Source: Sphacelaria rigidula (taxonomy: Eukaryota). From it: DNA of 56,402 bases. The stretch covers positions 1-56,402 of the forward strand of contig CAXNAA020000004.1 in the NCBI GenBank assembly GCA_964200075.2, written 5' to 3'. The notes under the pieces are model-generated. The model made no database searches. It saw nothing but the letters and a program-made list of their open reading frames with translations, and had not been told where the DNA came from. The position numbers and the translations under genes were made by a program. Each line of letters begins with the position of its first letter. The first letter of the stretch is position 1. Below are positions 42,758 to 53,202 of the stretch, one piece after another.

Positions 42758-43462
42758 ATGGGAACAATGTTCGCCGAAGGAAGGGAACAAAGTTTGCCGT
42801 GGGGGGCGGAGGTGATAGAGACACCGAGAGACGGATCCTGCTTCTTCACGGCGATCGCGATGGCCATGAACGACTCCCTCGACATGTGGTGCGACATAAA
42901 CGAGCTTAGGATCCCCATGGAGAAGTATTGGGAAAAGTTCCACGAGGACACACCGGACCTTGAGGACAGCCTCGAGGAAGTCACACCGGACCTTGTGAGG
43001 TTCACGTGCTCCGTGAACGTTGACAGCAACATCCTCGAAATGTACAACGCAGAGGCCAACTTCAGGAAGACTTCGCTGAAAATTAATACAAGCATGTTTG
43101 ACACCACCGACCAACTGGGGAGTCACATGAGGAAAAAGACTACTTGGGGAGACCAGGCCGCCCTCAACGCCTTCCTCAAGAGCTTGAACTTCGAGTGCGG
43201 GATCATCATCTTCGACGAAGAAGTCGGAGGCATGGTGCGATTCCCAGAAGAATGGACAAGAGACAAGAAAGCCTACATCTGTCTCCGGCGCGAACAAAAC
43301 CACTACAACGTCATCCGACTGTGGAGACGTACCTCCACAGACAACGACGAAGAATCACTGAGGTTCGGCCTTTGCGTGACACGCGATCTGATGGTAGACC
43401 TAGTACGGACCGTGTACGGCGAGGAAGGAGCAAAAGAATTGCGAGAAATACCAGTGTTTTGA
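42758..43462 (+). CDS. OTU-like cysteine protease (putative deubiquitinase)
   Basis: PRDGSCFFTAIA, WG and HYN catalytic motifs. Confidence 0.85.
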   Translation: MGTMFAEGREQSLPWGAEVIETPRDGSCFFTAIAMAMNDSLDMWCDINELRIPMEKYWEKFHEDTPDLEDSLEEVTPDLVRFTCSVNVDSNILEMYNAEANFRKTSLKINTSMFDTTDQLGSHMRKKTTWGDQAALNAFLKSLNFECGIIIFDEEVGGMVRFPEEWTRDKKAYICLRREQNHYNVIRLWRRTSTDNDEESLRFGLCVTRDLMVDLVRTVYGEEGAKELREIPVF

Positions 43463-43494
43463 TCAAACTAAATAGCAAATTTTACCACCCAAGA

Positions 43495-43805
43495 AAAACC
43501 CAAATATTTGTCATGTACGGCAGAACAGACAAGCCACGACGACCATTTCTTTGTCATGCTGCCCAACGAAGCCTATCGAAATACCAAATGTTCGTCATGT
43601 ACGGCAGACAAGCCATGACGACCATTTCTTTGTCATGCTTCCCAAGTAAACCATCTGGAATACCAAATCTTTGACATGTGCGGCAGAACAAACAGATTTC
43701 TTTGTCATGCTGCCCACGTAAACCATCCGGAATATCAAATCTTTGTCATGCTGCCCAGGTGAATCATTCGGAATTCCAAACCTTTGACATGCACGGCAGA
43801 ACGGC
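43495..43805. repeat. Degenerate repeat cluster between convergent OTU and RNR genes (array 2)
   Basis: Recurrent tttgtcatgctgccca, gaataccaaa and catgtacggcaga motifs. Confidence 0.8.
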
Positions 43806-43813
43806 CACTAGAT

Positions 43814-46165
43814 CTAGGCGCTGCAAGTCAGGCATTCTTCTTCTTGTCCCTCTGGGTCCACGTTCTTCTTTCCCGTGGATTTAGAGTTAGCTCTGTCCAC
43901 CGCGAACTGGAGCGAATCCGCCTTAGGCCTTGTCCTGAGGTAATACATGCCCGTCTTGAGACCCTTCCTCCACGCGTAGAAGTTCGTGGAAGTCAACTTC
44001 CCCCTGCTAGGGTCGGCCATGTGGATGTTAGTACTCTGACTCTGGCACACGTAAGGGCCCCTGTCAGCGGCGTGGTCCAAAATCACTCGCTGAGGGATTT
44101 CCCACACCGTCTTGTAGATCTGCTTCAACAGATCAGGGACCTCCGAGAGTCCCTGGACGGATCCACGAGCTTTTAACAGCTTCTCCTTCACGTCGTCGTT
44201 CCATATCCCGAGACCGGTAAGGTCCCTCAACAAGTGCTTGTTCACCACCGCGAACTCTCCCGCGAGAACACGCCGGTTGTACACGTTCGACGTGAACGGC
44301 TCGAAGGACTCGTTGTTGCCAAGGATCTGCGCGGTAGACGCGGTCGGCATCGGGGCCACGAGGAGAGAGTTGCGAACTCCGAACTCGACCACCTTGGCAC
44401 GGAGGTCGTCCCAGTCGTAGCGTGAAGACGGCGGCTTAGTGTCCCACAGGTCGAACTGGAACTGACCCTTGGAGAGAGGAGACCCAGGAAACGACTCGTG
44501 AGGGCCAGTACTCATGGCCTCGGACAAGGAAGCCTTCATGGCGCCGTAGTAGATGGTCTCGAAGATCATCTTGTTCAACTGCGCCGCCTGCGGGGAGTCG
44601 AAAGCCAGACGAAGCATGATGAAGGCGTCGGCGAGTCCCTGGATGCCGATCCCTATCGGCCGGTGCCTCATGTTGGAATTCTTGGCCTCCTCCACGGGGT
44701 AGCAGTTCCGGTCGATCACCTTGTTGAGGTTCTTGATGACGATCTCGGCCGTTTTCAAGAGCAACTCGAAGTCGAACTTGGATTCGATCCGGTAGGCGTC
44801 CACCACCATGGCCGCGAGGTTGATCGAGGCCAGGTTGCACACCGCGATCTCGTCCTTGGAGGTGTACTCGATGATCTCCGTGCACAGGTTGGAACTTTTA
44901 ATGACCCCCAGGTGCTTCTGGTTCGACTTGGAGTTCGCGGCGTCCTTGAACAAAATGTACGGAGTCCCCGTCTCGACTTGCGTGTCCAAGATCCTGTCCC
45001 AGAGGTCACGAGCGGCCATCGTCTTTCGCGCCAGACCTTTGGACTCGTGGCGCTCGTACAACTCCTCAAACTCGGAGCCGTACACGTCCGAAAGGCCGGG
45101 AGCCTCGTTGGGGCAGAAGAGGCTCCACGCCCCGTTGGCCTCGACGCGCTTCATGAACAAATCCGGAACCCACAGCGCGTAGAACAAATCCCTCGCCCGC
45201 TCTAGCTCGTTGCCCTGGTTCTTGCGGAGGTCCAAGAAGGACTCAACGTCGGCGTGCCAAGGTTCCAGGTACACCGCGATGGATCCCTTTCGCCTGCCTC
45301 CGCCCTGGTCGACGTACCGAGCCGTGTTGTTGAAGACCCGGAGCATGGGGACGAGACCGTTCGAGGTGCCGTTTGTTCCTCGGATGTAAGAGTTGGAAGC
45401 CCTGACGTCGTGCACGCTAATCCCGATCCCCCCGGCGTACTTCGAAATCATGGCGCAGTTCTTGAGGGTGTCGTAGATCCCACCGATGGAATCCTCCTTC
45501 ATGGTCATGAGGAAGCAGGAAGACATCTGAGGACACGGAGTCCCGGAGTTGAACAGCGTTGGAGTCGCCATCGTGAACTTCGTATCGGCCATCATGCGGT
45601 ACGTCTGCAACACAGACTCGATGTCGTCCCCGTGGATACCGATCGAAACACGCATGAGAAGCTGATGAGGTCGCTCCGCCACCTTGCCGTGCATCTTCAG
45701 GAGATAAGACTTCTCCAGCGTCTTGAAGGCGAAAAAGTCGTACGACTCCATCTTCTCGCCCAGGGCTTCTTGAATCACAGCATAGTTGTTCTTGACAACG
45801 TCGACGACTTCGTCCGTGACCAACGAAGCCTTTTCTCCCGTCAACGGGTGCACGTAGTCTCGAAGCCTCTCCACCAGCACCAAGAAGTTGGACTCGGTCT
45901 CCTTGTACAGGTTGCTGATGCAGATGCGCGCAGCCAAAATGAAGTAATCCGGGTGGTTCGTGCTCATGTAGGCACAAGTTTGCGCCGCGAGCTCGTCGAG
46001 CTCCGTCGTCAAAACCCCGGAAAAGATGCCCTGGTTCACTTTCATGGTCACCGCAACGGGATCGACAAAGTCCATATCGAGTCCCTCACATAAATGCTTG
46101 ATTCTCGCCGTAATCTTGTCGAACTGGACGTCTTCTCTCCGACCGTCCCGCTTCACGACGTACAT
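43814..46165 (-). CDS. RNR1: Ribonucleotide reductase class Ia large subunit with ATP cone
   Basis: [11 protein letters not shown] cone, [28 protein letters not shown] and C-terminal ECLTCSA. Confidence 0.97.
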   Translation of the reverse strand: MYVVKRDGRREDVQFDKITARIKHLCEGLDMDFVDPVAVTMKVNQGIFSGVLTTELDELAAQTCAYMSTNHPDYFILAARICISNLYKETESNFLVLVERLRDYVHPLTGEKASLVTDEVVDVVKNNYAVIQEALGEKMESYDFFAFKTLEKSYLLKMHGKVAERPHQLLMRVSIGIHGDDIESVLQTYRMMADTKFTMATPTLFNSGTPCPQMSSCFLMTMKEDSIGGIYDTLKNCAMISKYAGGIGISVHDVRASNSYIRGTNGTSNGLVPMLRVFNNTARYVDQGGGRRKGSIAVYLEPWHADVESFLDLRKNQGNELERARDLFYALWVPDLFMKRVEANGAWSLFCPNEAPGLSDVYGSEFEELYERHESKGLARKTMAARDLWDRILDTQVETGTPYILFKDAANSKSNQKHLGVIKSSNLCTEIIEYTSKDEIAVCNLASINLAAMVVDAYRIESKFDFELLLKTAEIVIKNLNKVIDRNCYPVEEAKNSNMRHRPIGIGIQGLADAFIMLRLAFDSPQAAQLNKMIFETIYYGAMKASLSEAMSTGPHESFPGSPLSKGQFQFDLWDTKPPSSRYDWDDLRAKVVEFGVRNSLLVAPMPTASTAQILGNNESFEPFTSNVYNRRVLAGEFAVVNKHLLRDLTGLGIWNDDVKEKLLKARGSVQGLSEVPDLLKQIYKTVWEIPQRVILDHAADRGPYVCQSQSTNIHMADPSRGKLTSTNFYAWRKGLKTGMYYLRTRPKADSLQFAVDRANSKSTGKKNVDPEGQEEECLTCSA

Positions 46166-46270
46166 GATTTTGTTTCAGTGTTTTTAGTTTAGAGTCTTAA
46201 TTGTGAAAAAATGTGCTCTTGATTACGTCTACATCCTGGAACATTCTGGAACGTTCAGTTTATAAAACTT

Positions 46271-47461
46271 TCAGTACCTAGTCTGTGCGTCGAAAGGGTG
46301 GTACGAAATGGAGATCTTGTTCTTGAAGTACTTGTCTAGTTCTTCCGCCAGCTTCTTGCGCCCGCCCTGAGCATTCATGTCATCCTGGGTCGGTACTTGG
46401 GGAAGAAACGAGAGGCCCCTGGGGCAGATGATTCTCCACACACCGTGACTCTCGATGATGGCAAACTTCGCGGTGATCGTCCGGCCGTAGACCATCCCGA
46501 GAATCTGCCGCAGAACGTCAGATCCAAACACCTTTCGGGAGAAAACGAAGGTGTAGTCTTCTCCCGCATTGTCAATCTTATGGTTGACAAGAAGTTGGCC
46601 GTCATCTTCCGATCCGGTGAAATGTTCTACATTCCTGAGTCCACACTGCGCGACCTTCGAAGTCACCAGACTTCGCACAAGGCTTTCCTCACAAGCCTTG
46701 CGCTGTCCGTGACGGTAGTTGCCCACAAGCATGACGGCATGACCAGTCATAACCGACTCAATCCCGCTCATAACCTTCAGGTCGGAGACGGTCAGCCTAG
46801 ACTCGTTGATGAGTTTCTTCAGATCAGCGTCCGTGTGGTTAGCGAGAGTCTGCACCGTGCTCGGGTACCACTTGATGCTCTCGGCCATCCAGTCGTCCCC
46901 GTCTTCAATGTAGTAGTCGAGGTCTTGCGACAGCAAGTACTCGATCGTGACACAACGCTGCGTCTTCGGGCTCATGGCGTAACCAGGAGGGCAAGGAGTC
47001 TTGCACCTCCCGGTCAAGAGGTTGAGCTTGCGAGGGTAGCAGTCGGGGTCGGCCACCAGGAGGTCACGCAGATCACGCTCGTTGTCGCTCCCGTAGTATC
47101 CACGAGTCTTGCGAGCCCTGTACGGCGTGATGGCCCTCTCCTTGTACTCGAAGTCCGAGTAGTCGAAGTCGCCCAGCTTGTTCAAGCCAAATTGGTCGTC
47201 GTTTGTTCTTCTTTGGTTGGTGAGGCGTCGCACGGGACCTCCAGAACGCCTCGAGCGCCCGTCACGCCTGGTGATGCCGTCGTCGCGGAGAGCGGAACGG
47301 TAGTCACTGGTGCCGAGGTCTCCGCGGATGTGGAGAGCCTTGAGGTACGTCTTGGTCACACACCGACCGGTGTCGGGGTTGATGGCCTGGTCAGCCCTAC
47401 ACGGGGTCTTGCAACGACCCGTTTCCCACTTCCGCACCTGAGGATACTTGCACGCAACCAT
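46271..47461 (-). CDS. Protein with tandem NPxTGRC (2-cysteine-adaptor-like) repeats
   Basis: CKYPQVRKWETGRCKTPCRADQAINPDTGRC and CYPRKLNLLTGRCKTPCPPGYAMSPKTQRC. Confidence 0.72.
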   Translation of the reverse strand: MVACKYPQVRKWETGRCKTPCRADQAINPDTGRCVTKTYLKALHIRGDLGTSDYRSALRDDGITRRDGRSRRSGGPVRRLTNQRRTNDDQFGLNKLGDFDYSDFEYKERAITPYRARKTRGYYGSDNERDLRDLLVADPDCYPRKLNLLTGRCKTPCPPGYAMSPKTQRCVTIEYLLSQDLDYYIEDGDDWMAESIKWYPSTVQTLANHTDADLKKLINESRLTVSDLKVMSGIESVMTGHAVMLVGNYRHGQRKACEESLVRSLVTSKVAQCGLRNVEHFTGSEDDGQLLVNHKIDNAGEDYTFVFSRKVFGSDVLRQILGMVYGRTITAKFAIIESHGVWRIICPRGLSFLPQVPTQDDMNAQGGRKKLAEELDKYFKNKISISYHPFDAQTRY

Positions 47462-47569
47462 TCTTATCAGAAACCACACGAAATCTTAATTATCAGAAAC
47501 CACACATTTTATATTGCAAATATCTCCATTTCGTGATTCTCGGCAACCCAAGACGTCTTGTAATTCATT

Positions 47570-48796
47570 TTAAAAATCAGCGTCCACCGTAAACAACTGC
47601 TCCTCGCGAGAAACCATTGAACCCGCCTTGGCGTACTCCGCCACCCTCCCCTCAAAGAAGTTGGATTTGCCCTCGAGACCGATCATCTGCATCCACTCGA
47701 AGGGATTCAAGGTATTGAACAGCTTCGGGTAACCCAACCTGTCCAACCAAAAGTCCGAAATGTACTCGATGTACGCCGACATGGTTTCCTGGTTGATCCC
47801 GATCAAAGACACGGGAAGTGCATCCGTGATAAACGCTTTCTCGATCCGAACAGCGTCCGCGAATATCTCGTGCACTCTCTCGACACCCAACTTGTGCTCT
47901 AGATGCTTGTAGATCATCACCGAACCTTCCGCGTGAAGCCCCTCGTCGCGCGCAATCAAGGAGTTCGCGAAACACAACCCCTTGAACCTGCCCTGCTTCT
48001 TGAACCAGTAGATGGCACAAAACGCCCCGCTGAACTGCACCCCCTCAACGCAGGTGAAAGCCACCAGCCGCTCCGCCAAAGAAGCCGTGTCGGAGTCCAT
48101 CCACTTGGTCACCCAGTTTGCCTTCTTGGTAATGATGGGCATGCTCTGGATCGACCGCAAAACTTCTTTTTGCTCTCTGGGATCCTTGATGTAGATCTGG
48201 ATCAAGACGGCGTACGCCTCTCCGTGGATGGACTCGATAGCGTTCTGCATCGCGAAGTGGCTCCTAACCTGGGGGACGACGATCTCCTCGCCGAAGTTGA
48301 CACTCACGTTCTCCATCACCACCTGGCCCAAGCTCGCGAAGAACGCGAGAATCATCTTGATGAAGTGCTTCTCGTTATCCGAAGACTTGTTCCAGTAGTT
48401 GACGTCTTCCGAAAGATCCATCTCTTCCACGGTCCAGAAGCACGCAATCTCCTTCTTGTAAAGCGTGTACACGTCGTCGTACTCGAACTCGGTCGACCCG
48501 TTGAAAAGAATGAAGCGGTCAAGACTGGTTTCCTCTCGACACATTGGCTCAACGACGTCGCCAGAGATTTCGCGGAGTCTGTGGTTGGTGACTTCGTCCA
48601 GCCTGAGCCTCTTCAGGTCCTCATACCCACCGATGTACTTGTCGCCCACAAAGATCTGGGGGAACTTCTTTGCCTCTTTGCCACGGCCATCTAATACCTC
48701 AAACTCCAAATTCTTAGAACTTAGGTAGTCCTTGGTGAACTCGCAGAAACAACAATCGGGGACTGTGTAAACGCGAATAGATTGAAGTCCACTCAT
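47570..48796 (-). CDS. RNR2: Glutaredoxin-ribonucleotide reductase small subunit fusion
   Basis: N-terminal CCFC, FPQIF and IGGYEDL glutaredoxin motifs; R2 motifs FWT.EE, ESIHGEAY, VEGVQFSGAF, DEGLH and NFFE. Confidence 0.95.
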   Translation of the reverse strand: MSGLQSIRVYTVPDCCFCEFTKDYLSSKNLEFEVLDGRGKEAKKFPQIFVGDKYIGGYEDLKRLRLDEVTNHRLREISGDVVEPMCREETSLDRFILFNGSTEFEYDDVYTLYKKEIACFWTVEEMDLSEDVNYWNKSSDNEKHFIKMILAFFASLGQVVMENVSVNFGEEIVVPQVRSHFAMQNAIESIHGEAYAVLIQIYIKDPREQKEVLRSIQSMPIITKKANWVTKWMDSDTASLAERLVAFTCVEGVQFSGAFCAIYWFKKQGRFKGLCFANSLIARDEGLHAEGSVMIYKHLEHKLGVERVHEIFADAVRIEKAFITDALPVSLIGINQETMSAYIEYISDFWLDRLGYPKLFNTLNPFEWMQMIGLEGKSNFFEGRVAEYAKAGSMVSREEQLFTVDADF

Positions 48797-48892
48797 GTCT
48801 GGATGTTTGCTCTTAGATTAGATTAAAAAAAATCTGAGGATGAACACATAATGAAAAACTGATGTGAATGATCTGTTTTAGAAATTTCAATT

Positions 48893-49348
48893 TCAGAACA
48901 AGGCGAAATAATTGACCCCGTTCGTGTACAACTTGAATGAGCCGAACGACGCCCTCAAAGTCGCAGAAGACTTTCCCGATATCAGCTCCGAACCGAAAGG
49001 GACGACGGTCACGTTGGATGTGCCCGCAACATCCTTTACCACGTAAATACGATCCCCGACCGTCTTCAACGCCGGGTCGGGAAGCTTGAGGGTTGTTTCC
49101 AGAGTCCCGGTGATCGCGACGATATCGTCTCCAGGCTGGATGTCGTACGAAGTAGCCGTCGGACTCACGACAGCACGAACGTTGGACGGTTCAAACGCAA
49201 GGGATCCGTCGCCGGCTGTCTTCAAAACAGTGCCGCTAGACGGAGGATTAGTCGGCCAGCTAAAGTTGCCGATCTGTAAGCTCGTTGCAGTCGAACTCGG
49301 CAAAATAGGAGCCGTGACGACCTTGCCGCAAGAGATCTTTCCCGACAT
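48893..49348 (-). CDS. Small beta-rich fibre-tip-like protein
   Basis: VLKTAGDGSLAF and TLKLPDP...GDRIYVVKD...ELISG...LYTNGVNY resemble phage/giant-virus fibre C-termini. Confidence 0.6.
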   Translation of the reverse strand: MSGKISCGKVVTAPILPSSTATSLQIGNFSWPTNPPSSGTVLKTAGDGSLAFEPSNVRAVVSPTATSYDIQPGDDIVAITGTLETTLKLPDPALKTVGDRIYVVKDVAGTSNVTVVPFGSELISGKSSATLRASFGSFKLYTNGVNYFALF

Positions 49349-49416
49349 TGTTTCTTTTAGTATTCACAATCGAAGTATTCACAATCAGCCAACAAAAAAA
49401 TGCGTGATCTTTAATC

Positions 49417-49803
49417 TTACGAGGTTAAAAACTTCACCATGAGGCCGACATAGCTGAACACGTCTTTCTCGTCCGAAGTGTCGAGCAATTTCCAGTCCTC
49501 AAGCCAAGACGCCTTCACATCTTCTGGCGTCGTTGACCAACGCTCCCACATCGTCGCCTGAACCTCCTTGGATACCCCCATGTAGTTGAGGACCTTCACT
49601 CCCTCCCCGTGGACGTCTATCGAAAGATCGAGCACTGGCAACACCACGCGGTTCCTGAAAACCGACCTCACCCACTGCTCCGAAAAGCCAGAGGAGGTAA
49701 ACCCGTTCTTGCAGTACCTCTGAACCGCCTGCTCCTCCGTGTCGTACGACTGGATCTTCTTCACGAAAGCCCCAGCGTTTTTGGTTTTGTCCTTCAAAGA
49801 CAT
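49417..49803 (-). CDS. Hypothetical protein
   Basis: 128-aa ATG ORF with partial similarity to ORF 39034-39858. Confidence 0.65.
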   Translation of the reverse strand: MSLKDKTKNAGAFVKKIQSYDTEEQAVQRYCKNGFTSSGFSEQWVRSVFRNRVVLPVLDLSIDVHGEGVKVLNYMGVSKEVQATMWERWSTTPEDVKASWLEDWKLLDTSDEKDVFSYVGLMVKFLTS

Positions 49804-49973
49804 GATGTTCGACGTTAGATGCTCTTATACAACAAAATTTTGAAACTAAATATAAACTAAAGACACACAAACTATGAACAAAGCAGTCGCCAATCCAGGG
49901 AACGACAAGGTTCCCAAAGATATGATTTAAATATAGGGAAACATATATACACATTTACACAGAAAATTAAATC

Positions 49974-50788
49974 ATGAACTTACAGCCCCAATTTAAGCGA
50001 GAAGTTCTAGGTGTGTACATCACAAAATATCCAGACCATATTTTTCTCGTCTCCATGGAACCTGTCCCCATGCACCCATCGTCAGTGAAGGTCAGGGTTG
50101 TCCCAGTTCCTCGAGTAGATTCGTATTTCCACAGTACTTTCATCGAAAGTTGTGTGGATATCGTCGTAGGAACACACGACATGGGGCTTTTGGTAGGCTC
50201 GGGTAGTGAAAAAGAAGCAAGACAAAGCAAAGACTTCACGCACGTCACTGCTTTGGCTTACAGCAAGAAATGCTCGTTGACCAAACCCCTCTCCGCCAAG
50301 CAAGGGACAAATCAGATGTTCTTGTCCGCCCTCGCGCTTTGCGTCGAAACAATTGGAGTTGAAAAACTTCAACTCATCGATGCATCACATTTCATGTGCG
50401 AGGACATGGTCGTTGATTTGTATCTGCACAACTTGCTAGTCTTCGGCCAAACTTGGTACGAACGAAAGTATCGTGCTGTAGCCGCACACTCTAATTCCAG
50501 AGAGGCCTTATCCCGGAGACGGTTTCAGGCCCTCTGGTAAACCACTTGGTGGAGTCCACCAATGAAGAAGAAGTGAGGGCCAAGATTCAGATGCATGTCG
50601 GTGTATCCACCTGGAACGGCTCGTTCTCGTCCATCAACGCTACATATGGTTGTGGATTTTTCAAGTTTGACCTCTTGAAGACGCTACAATATCATTTTGG
50701 TATTCCAGATGTTTCACACTGGGACGTGTCAGGTCTTCTCCAGACTGACTTGCAACAATACCTCCTGGCCTACGAAAAAATATATTAA
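49974..50788 (+). pseudogene. Hypothetical protein, frameshift near 50510
   Basis: LIDASHFMC...GQTWYE; the second ORF lacks an ATG and its frame (ETVSGPLVNHLVES) overlaps the end of the first. Confidence 0.6.
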
Positions 50789-50797
50789 AAAAATGTA

Positions 50798-51856
50798 CTA
50801 AGTAGCGTAGGGGTTTGGACTGAACGTCTCCGAAGTACCCGGAGGAGTCGTCGTGACGGTGTAGTACGACTGCCACGGGACGTACTCTTCCCGGACTTCT
50901 GTCCCGTTCACGTCGACGGTAGTGATGAAAATCTTTCCGTTTGTCTTGCGTTCGTAACTGTACGAACTCCCGTCAGCATTCACCGTCGAATTGTTAATCG
51001 AACCGTTCGACATGGAGGAGACTGTTTCGACGTTACCCTCCGGGGAAACCGTCACCTGACTAGAGTTCCCGTTGTTCGATTCAACCACGTCTATCGTTGT
51101 GCCGTCCGCGAGAGTCGTAAACGAGGTCACATTCCCGTTGTTGCTTTCCTCGAGGGCAACTGTCGACCCGTCTGGGTACTCCGTGTACGAGGTCATGTTC
51201 CCGTTGTTGGATTCAACCACGTCTATCGTCGTGCCGTCCGGCAGAACTGTGTACGAGGTCATGTTCCCGTTGTCTTGCACCTGTGTATCGATGGTGGTGC
51301 CATCCGCCAGAACCTGTTGCGTCGTGGTTGTACCTCCCTCGGACAAAGTCGTAGTCGAGTTTCCCTCGGCGTCGACCTCGGTTGTGCTCCCATCCGGGTT
51401 CTCCGTGGTTTGTGACCCATCTTCGTTAATCACTGGCGCTACCGCTTCTGGGATACTAACACCGTTCAATACCCGCACTCTCATGCTTGAGTACGGGTTC
51501 GAAATCTCCACGTTGCCCACATCGGTGATGGTCGTGATTTTCTTGTCTGGGCTGCAGAATCCTCCCTCGTCTACAATGTGCAAATCCTTTACATCCACGC
51601 TAGAGTCGGCAAAAGTGAGAGACACAGGCCCGTCGAAGTTAACCCCCACGATTGAGATTCCAATCCCCACCACCGCGGTCGAGGTCGTGACTTCCTGACG
51701 CTTTGAGCGCGCTGTGAAGGGTTCGCTGCTACCAAAAGAAGCCGTGGCACGAAAAGTCGAATCCGTCGTGGGAAAAGCTGCCTCATTTATCGTCAAGAGT
51801 CCTGACGCCGACTCGATTTGGGCCGCTTCTAAGCCTGGAAACGACAACGTTCCCAT
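50798..51856 (-). CDS. Thr/Asn/Gly-rich beta-repeat protein (DGTTIDVVESNNGN repeats)
   Basis: Four ~22-aa repeats at about 51060-51310. Confidence 0.75.
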   Translation of the reverse strand: MGTLSFPGLEAAQIESASGLLTINEAAFPTTDSTFRATASFGSSEPFTARSKRQEVTTSTAVVGIGISIVGVNFDGPVSLTFADSSVDVKDLHIVDEGGFCSPDKKITTITDVGNVEISNPYSSMRVRVLNGVSIPEAVAPVINEDGSQTTENPDGSTTEVDAEGNSTTTLSEGGTTTTQQVLADGTTIDTQVQDNGNMTSYTVLPDGTTIDVVESNNGNMTSYTEYPDGSTVALEESNNGNVTSFTTLADGTTIDVVESNNGNSSQVTVSPEGNVETVSSMSNGSINNSTVNADGSSYSYERKTNGKIFITTVDVNGTEVREEYVPWQSYYTVTTTPPGTSETFSPNPYAT

Positions 51857-52018
51857 GCCCGAAATTTGCCGTAGCCTACACTACCAAAAACATATATTTT
51901 TACCAACAACAACTCTCACAACAATAAACCTGGAGAACCACACCTATACTTTAATTGCAGGGTTTGTTAGCTACTGCCACCCCTTCGGCGTCCACGAGTC
52001 CCGAAGTTAAGAATGTAC

Positions 52019-53074
52019 TTACACGTTGTACACAGTGACGAGTAGTCCATTGGAAATGAAGGACTCGCCGTCCGAGTAGGAAACCCCGTCGACAACAAGA
52101 ACGTCGCTGACTTCATCGAACGAGAGGTTGACATCACCCAAAGATACTGTTTGATTTGCGAGTCCTGTTGAGAACGGTAAGCTGTAGACACCAACTTCAA
52201 ACGGAAGATTCCCCCCGTTGTTCACGAACGTCGTTGTGACGGCCTCGTTGTTGACAGTACGCACAACTATGTCTCCTGTGGAGAACAACGCGTCAAGATG
52301 ATGATCTATGTCGTTGGACTCAATTTTGCTGATGTCAAAGGTGCCCTCGGGGTTCCTTAGTTTGTCGATGTCGATGTTGGCGACGAGGTTTTCGAGTGTC
52401 GAAAATGAACCGGCTCCCCCGACTTGCTCGTAGCTCAGGTTGTCGACCGACTTAAACAGGGTGATTTCATAGTCAGCACCGGGTTTCAAGCCATCGAGCC
52501 TCGCAGAGATGATGGTTTCTCCCGTTGGAACAGAGATGATTCTTCCCGCTGTCGAGTCGTTTGTGTATTTCAGTTCGTAGGATAGGGTCCCGTCAGCAAT
52601 CTCCCACTCGACGTCAGTGGTGAAGACACCGGGAGAAACTGTGAATGGCACAGGGTCGGCATGTAGCAGAAATGTCTGCACAGCTTCATCCGTCAATACA
52701 CCCACCACTATGTTGTCGTCGAGTTCGTCGGATGGATGCAGCGTTATAGTCCACCCTATCGCCCGCAATTCGTAACCGGACCGGTTGAAAAACACCACCC
52801 TATCTAGGTCTCCGACAGGGTACCCCTTGTCGAGGTCCAAAGTCCATACAGAACTACTACTAAATGCATGAGAGAAAGTAGCAGGGTCCCCATCGATCGC
52901 TAAGTCTGCAGTGAAGTTTGGATACGTTGTGTCTTGTGAAGCCGTGCCTAAAGGAGCAAGATTCTCGTCGTTCTTGTTGAAAATCTGCAATTCAGCAACA
53001 GTAACGGCGTAGTTGGTTTCTGGTGTGGGAGAAATGGTCAGTCGGTTGTACGTCGGGACTACGTAATCCGCCAT
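52019..53074 (-). CDS. Galactose-binding/F-type-lectin-like domain + Fn3-like + shared middle domain
   Basis: VAELQIF, NLA..GTASQ...AIDGD..TFSH..WTLDL...FNR; DGLKPGADYEITL; C-terminal region shared with ORFs 16727 and 27493. Confidence 0.75.
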   Translation of the reverse strand: MADYVVPTYNRLTISPTPETNYAVTVAELQIFNKNDENLAPLGTASQDTTYPNFTADLAIDGDPATFSHAFSSSSVWTLDLDKGYPVGDLDRVVFFNRSGYELRAIGWTITLHPSDELDDNIVVGVLTDEAVQTFLLHADPVPFTVSPGVFTTDVEWEIADGTLSYELKYTNDSTAGRIISVPTGETIISARLDGLKPGADYEITLFKSVDNLSYEQVGGAGSFSTLENLVANIDIDKLRNPEGTFDISKIESNDIDHHLDALFSTGDIVVRTVNNEAVTTTFVNNGGNLPFEVGVYSLPFSTGLANQTVSLGDVNLSFDEVSDVLVVDGVSYSDGESFISNGLLVTVYNV

Positions 53075-53202
53075 AATCTCTTCCGGTGTTAATCCTATAT
53101 ATTCTCTATAGGTGATAAATTATTCGTTCTCTCACGCGTATAATGCCAACTCGACGGAACAAATTTTCAAGTAAATATATGAACCGAACAAATTTTCAAA
53201 TT

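Noticed and set aside
44498-47536. Long antisense ORFs over RNR1 and its neighbour (also 272-928, 12765-13814, 47903-48694)
   Set aside because: Shadow ORFs expected from the strong C/G third-position bias of the real genes; no recognisable motifs.
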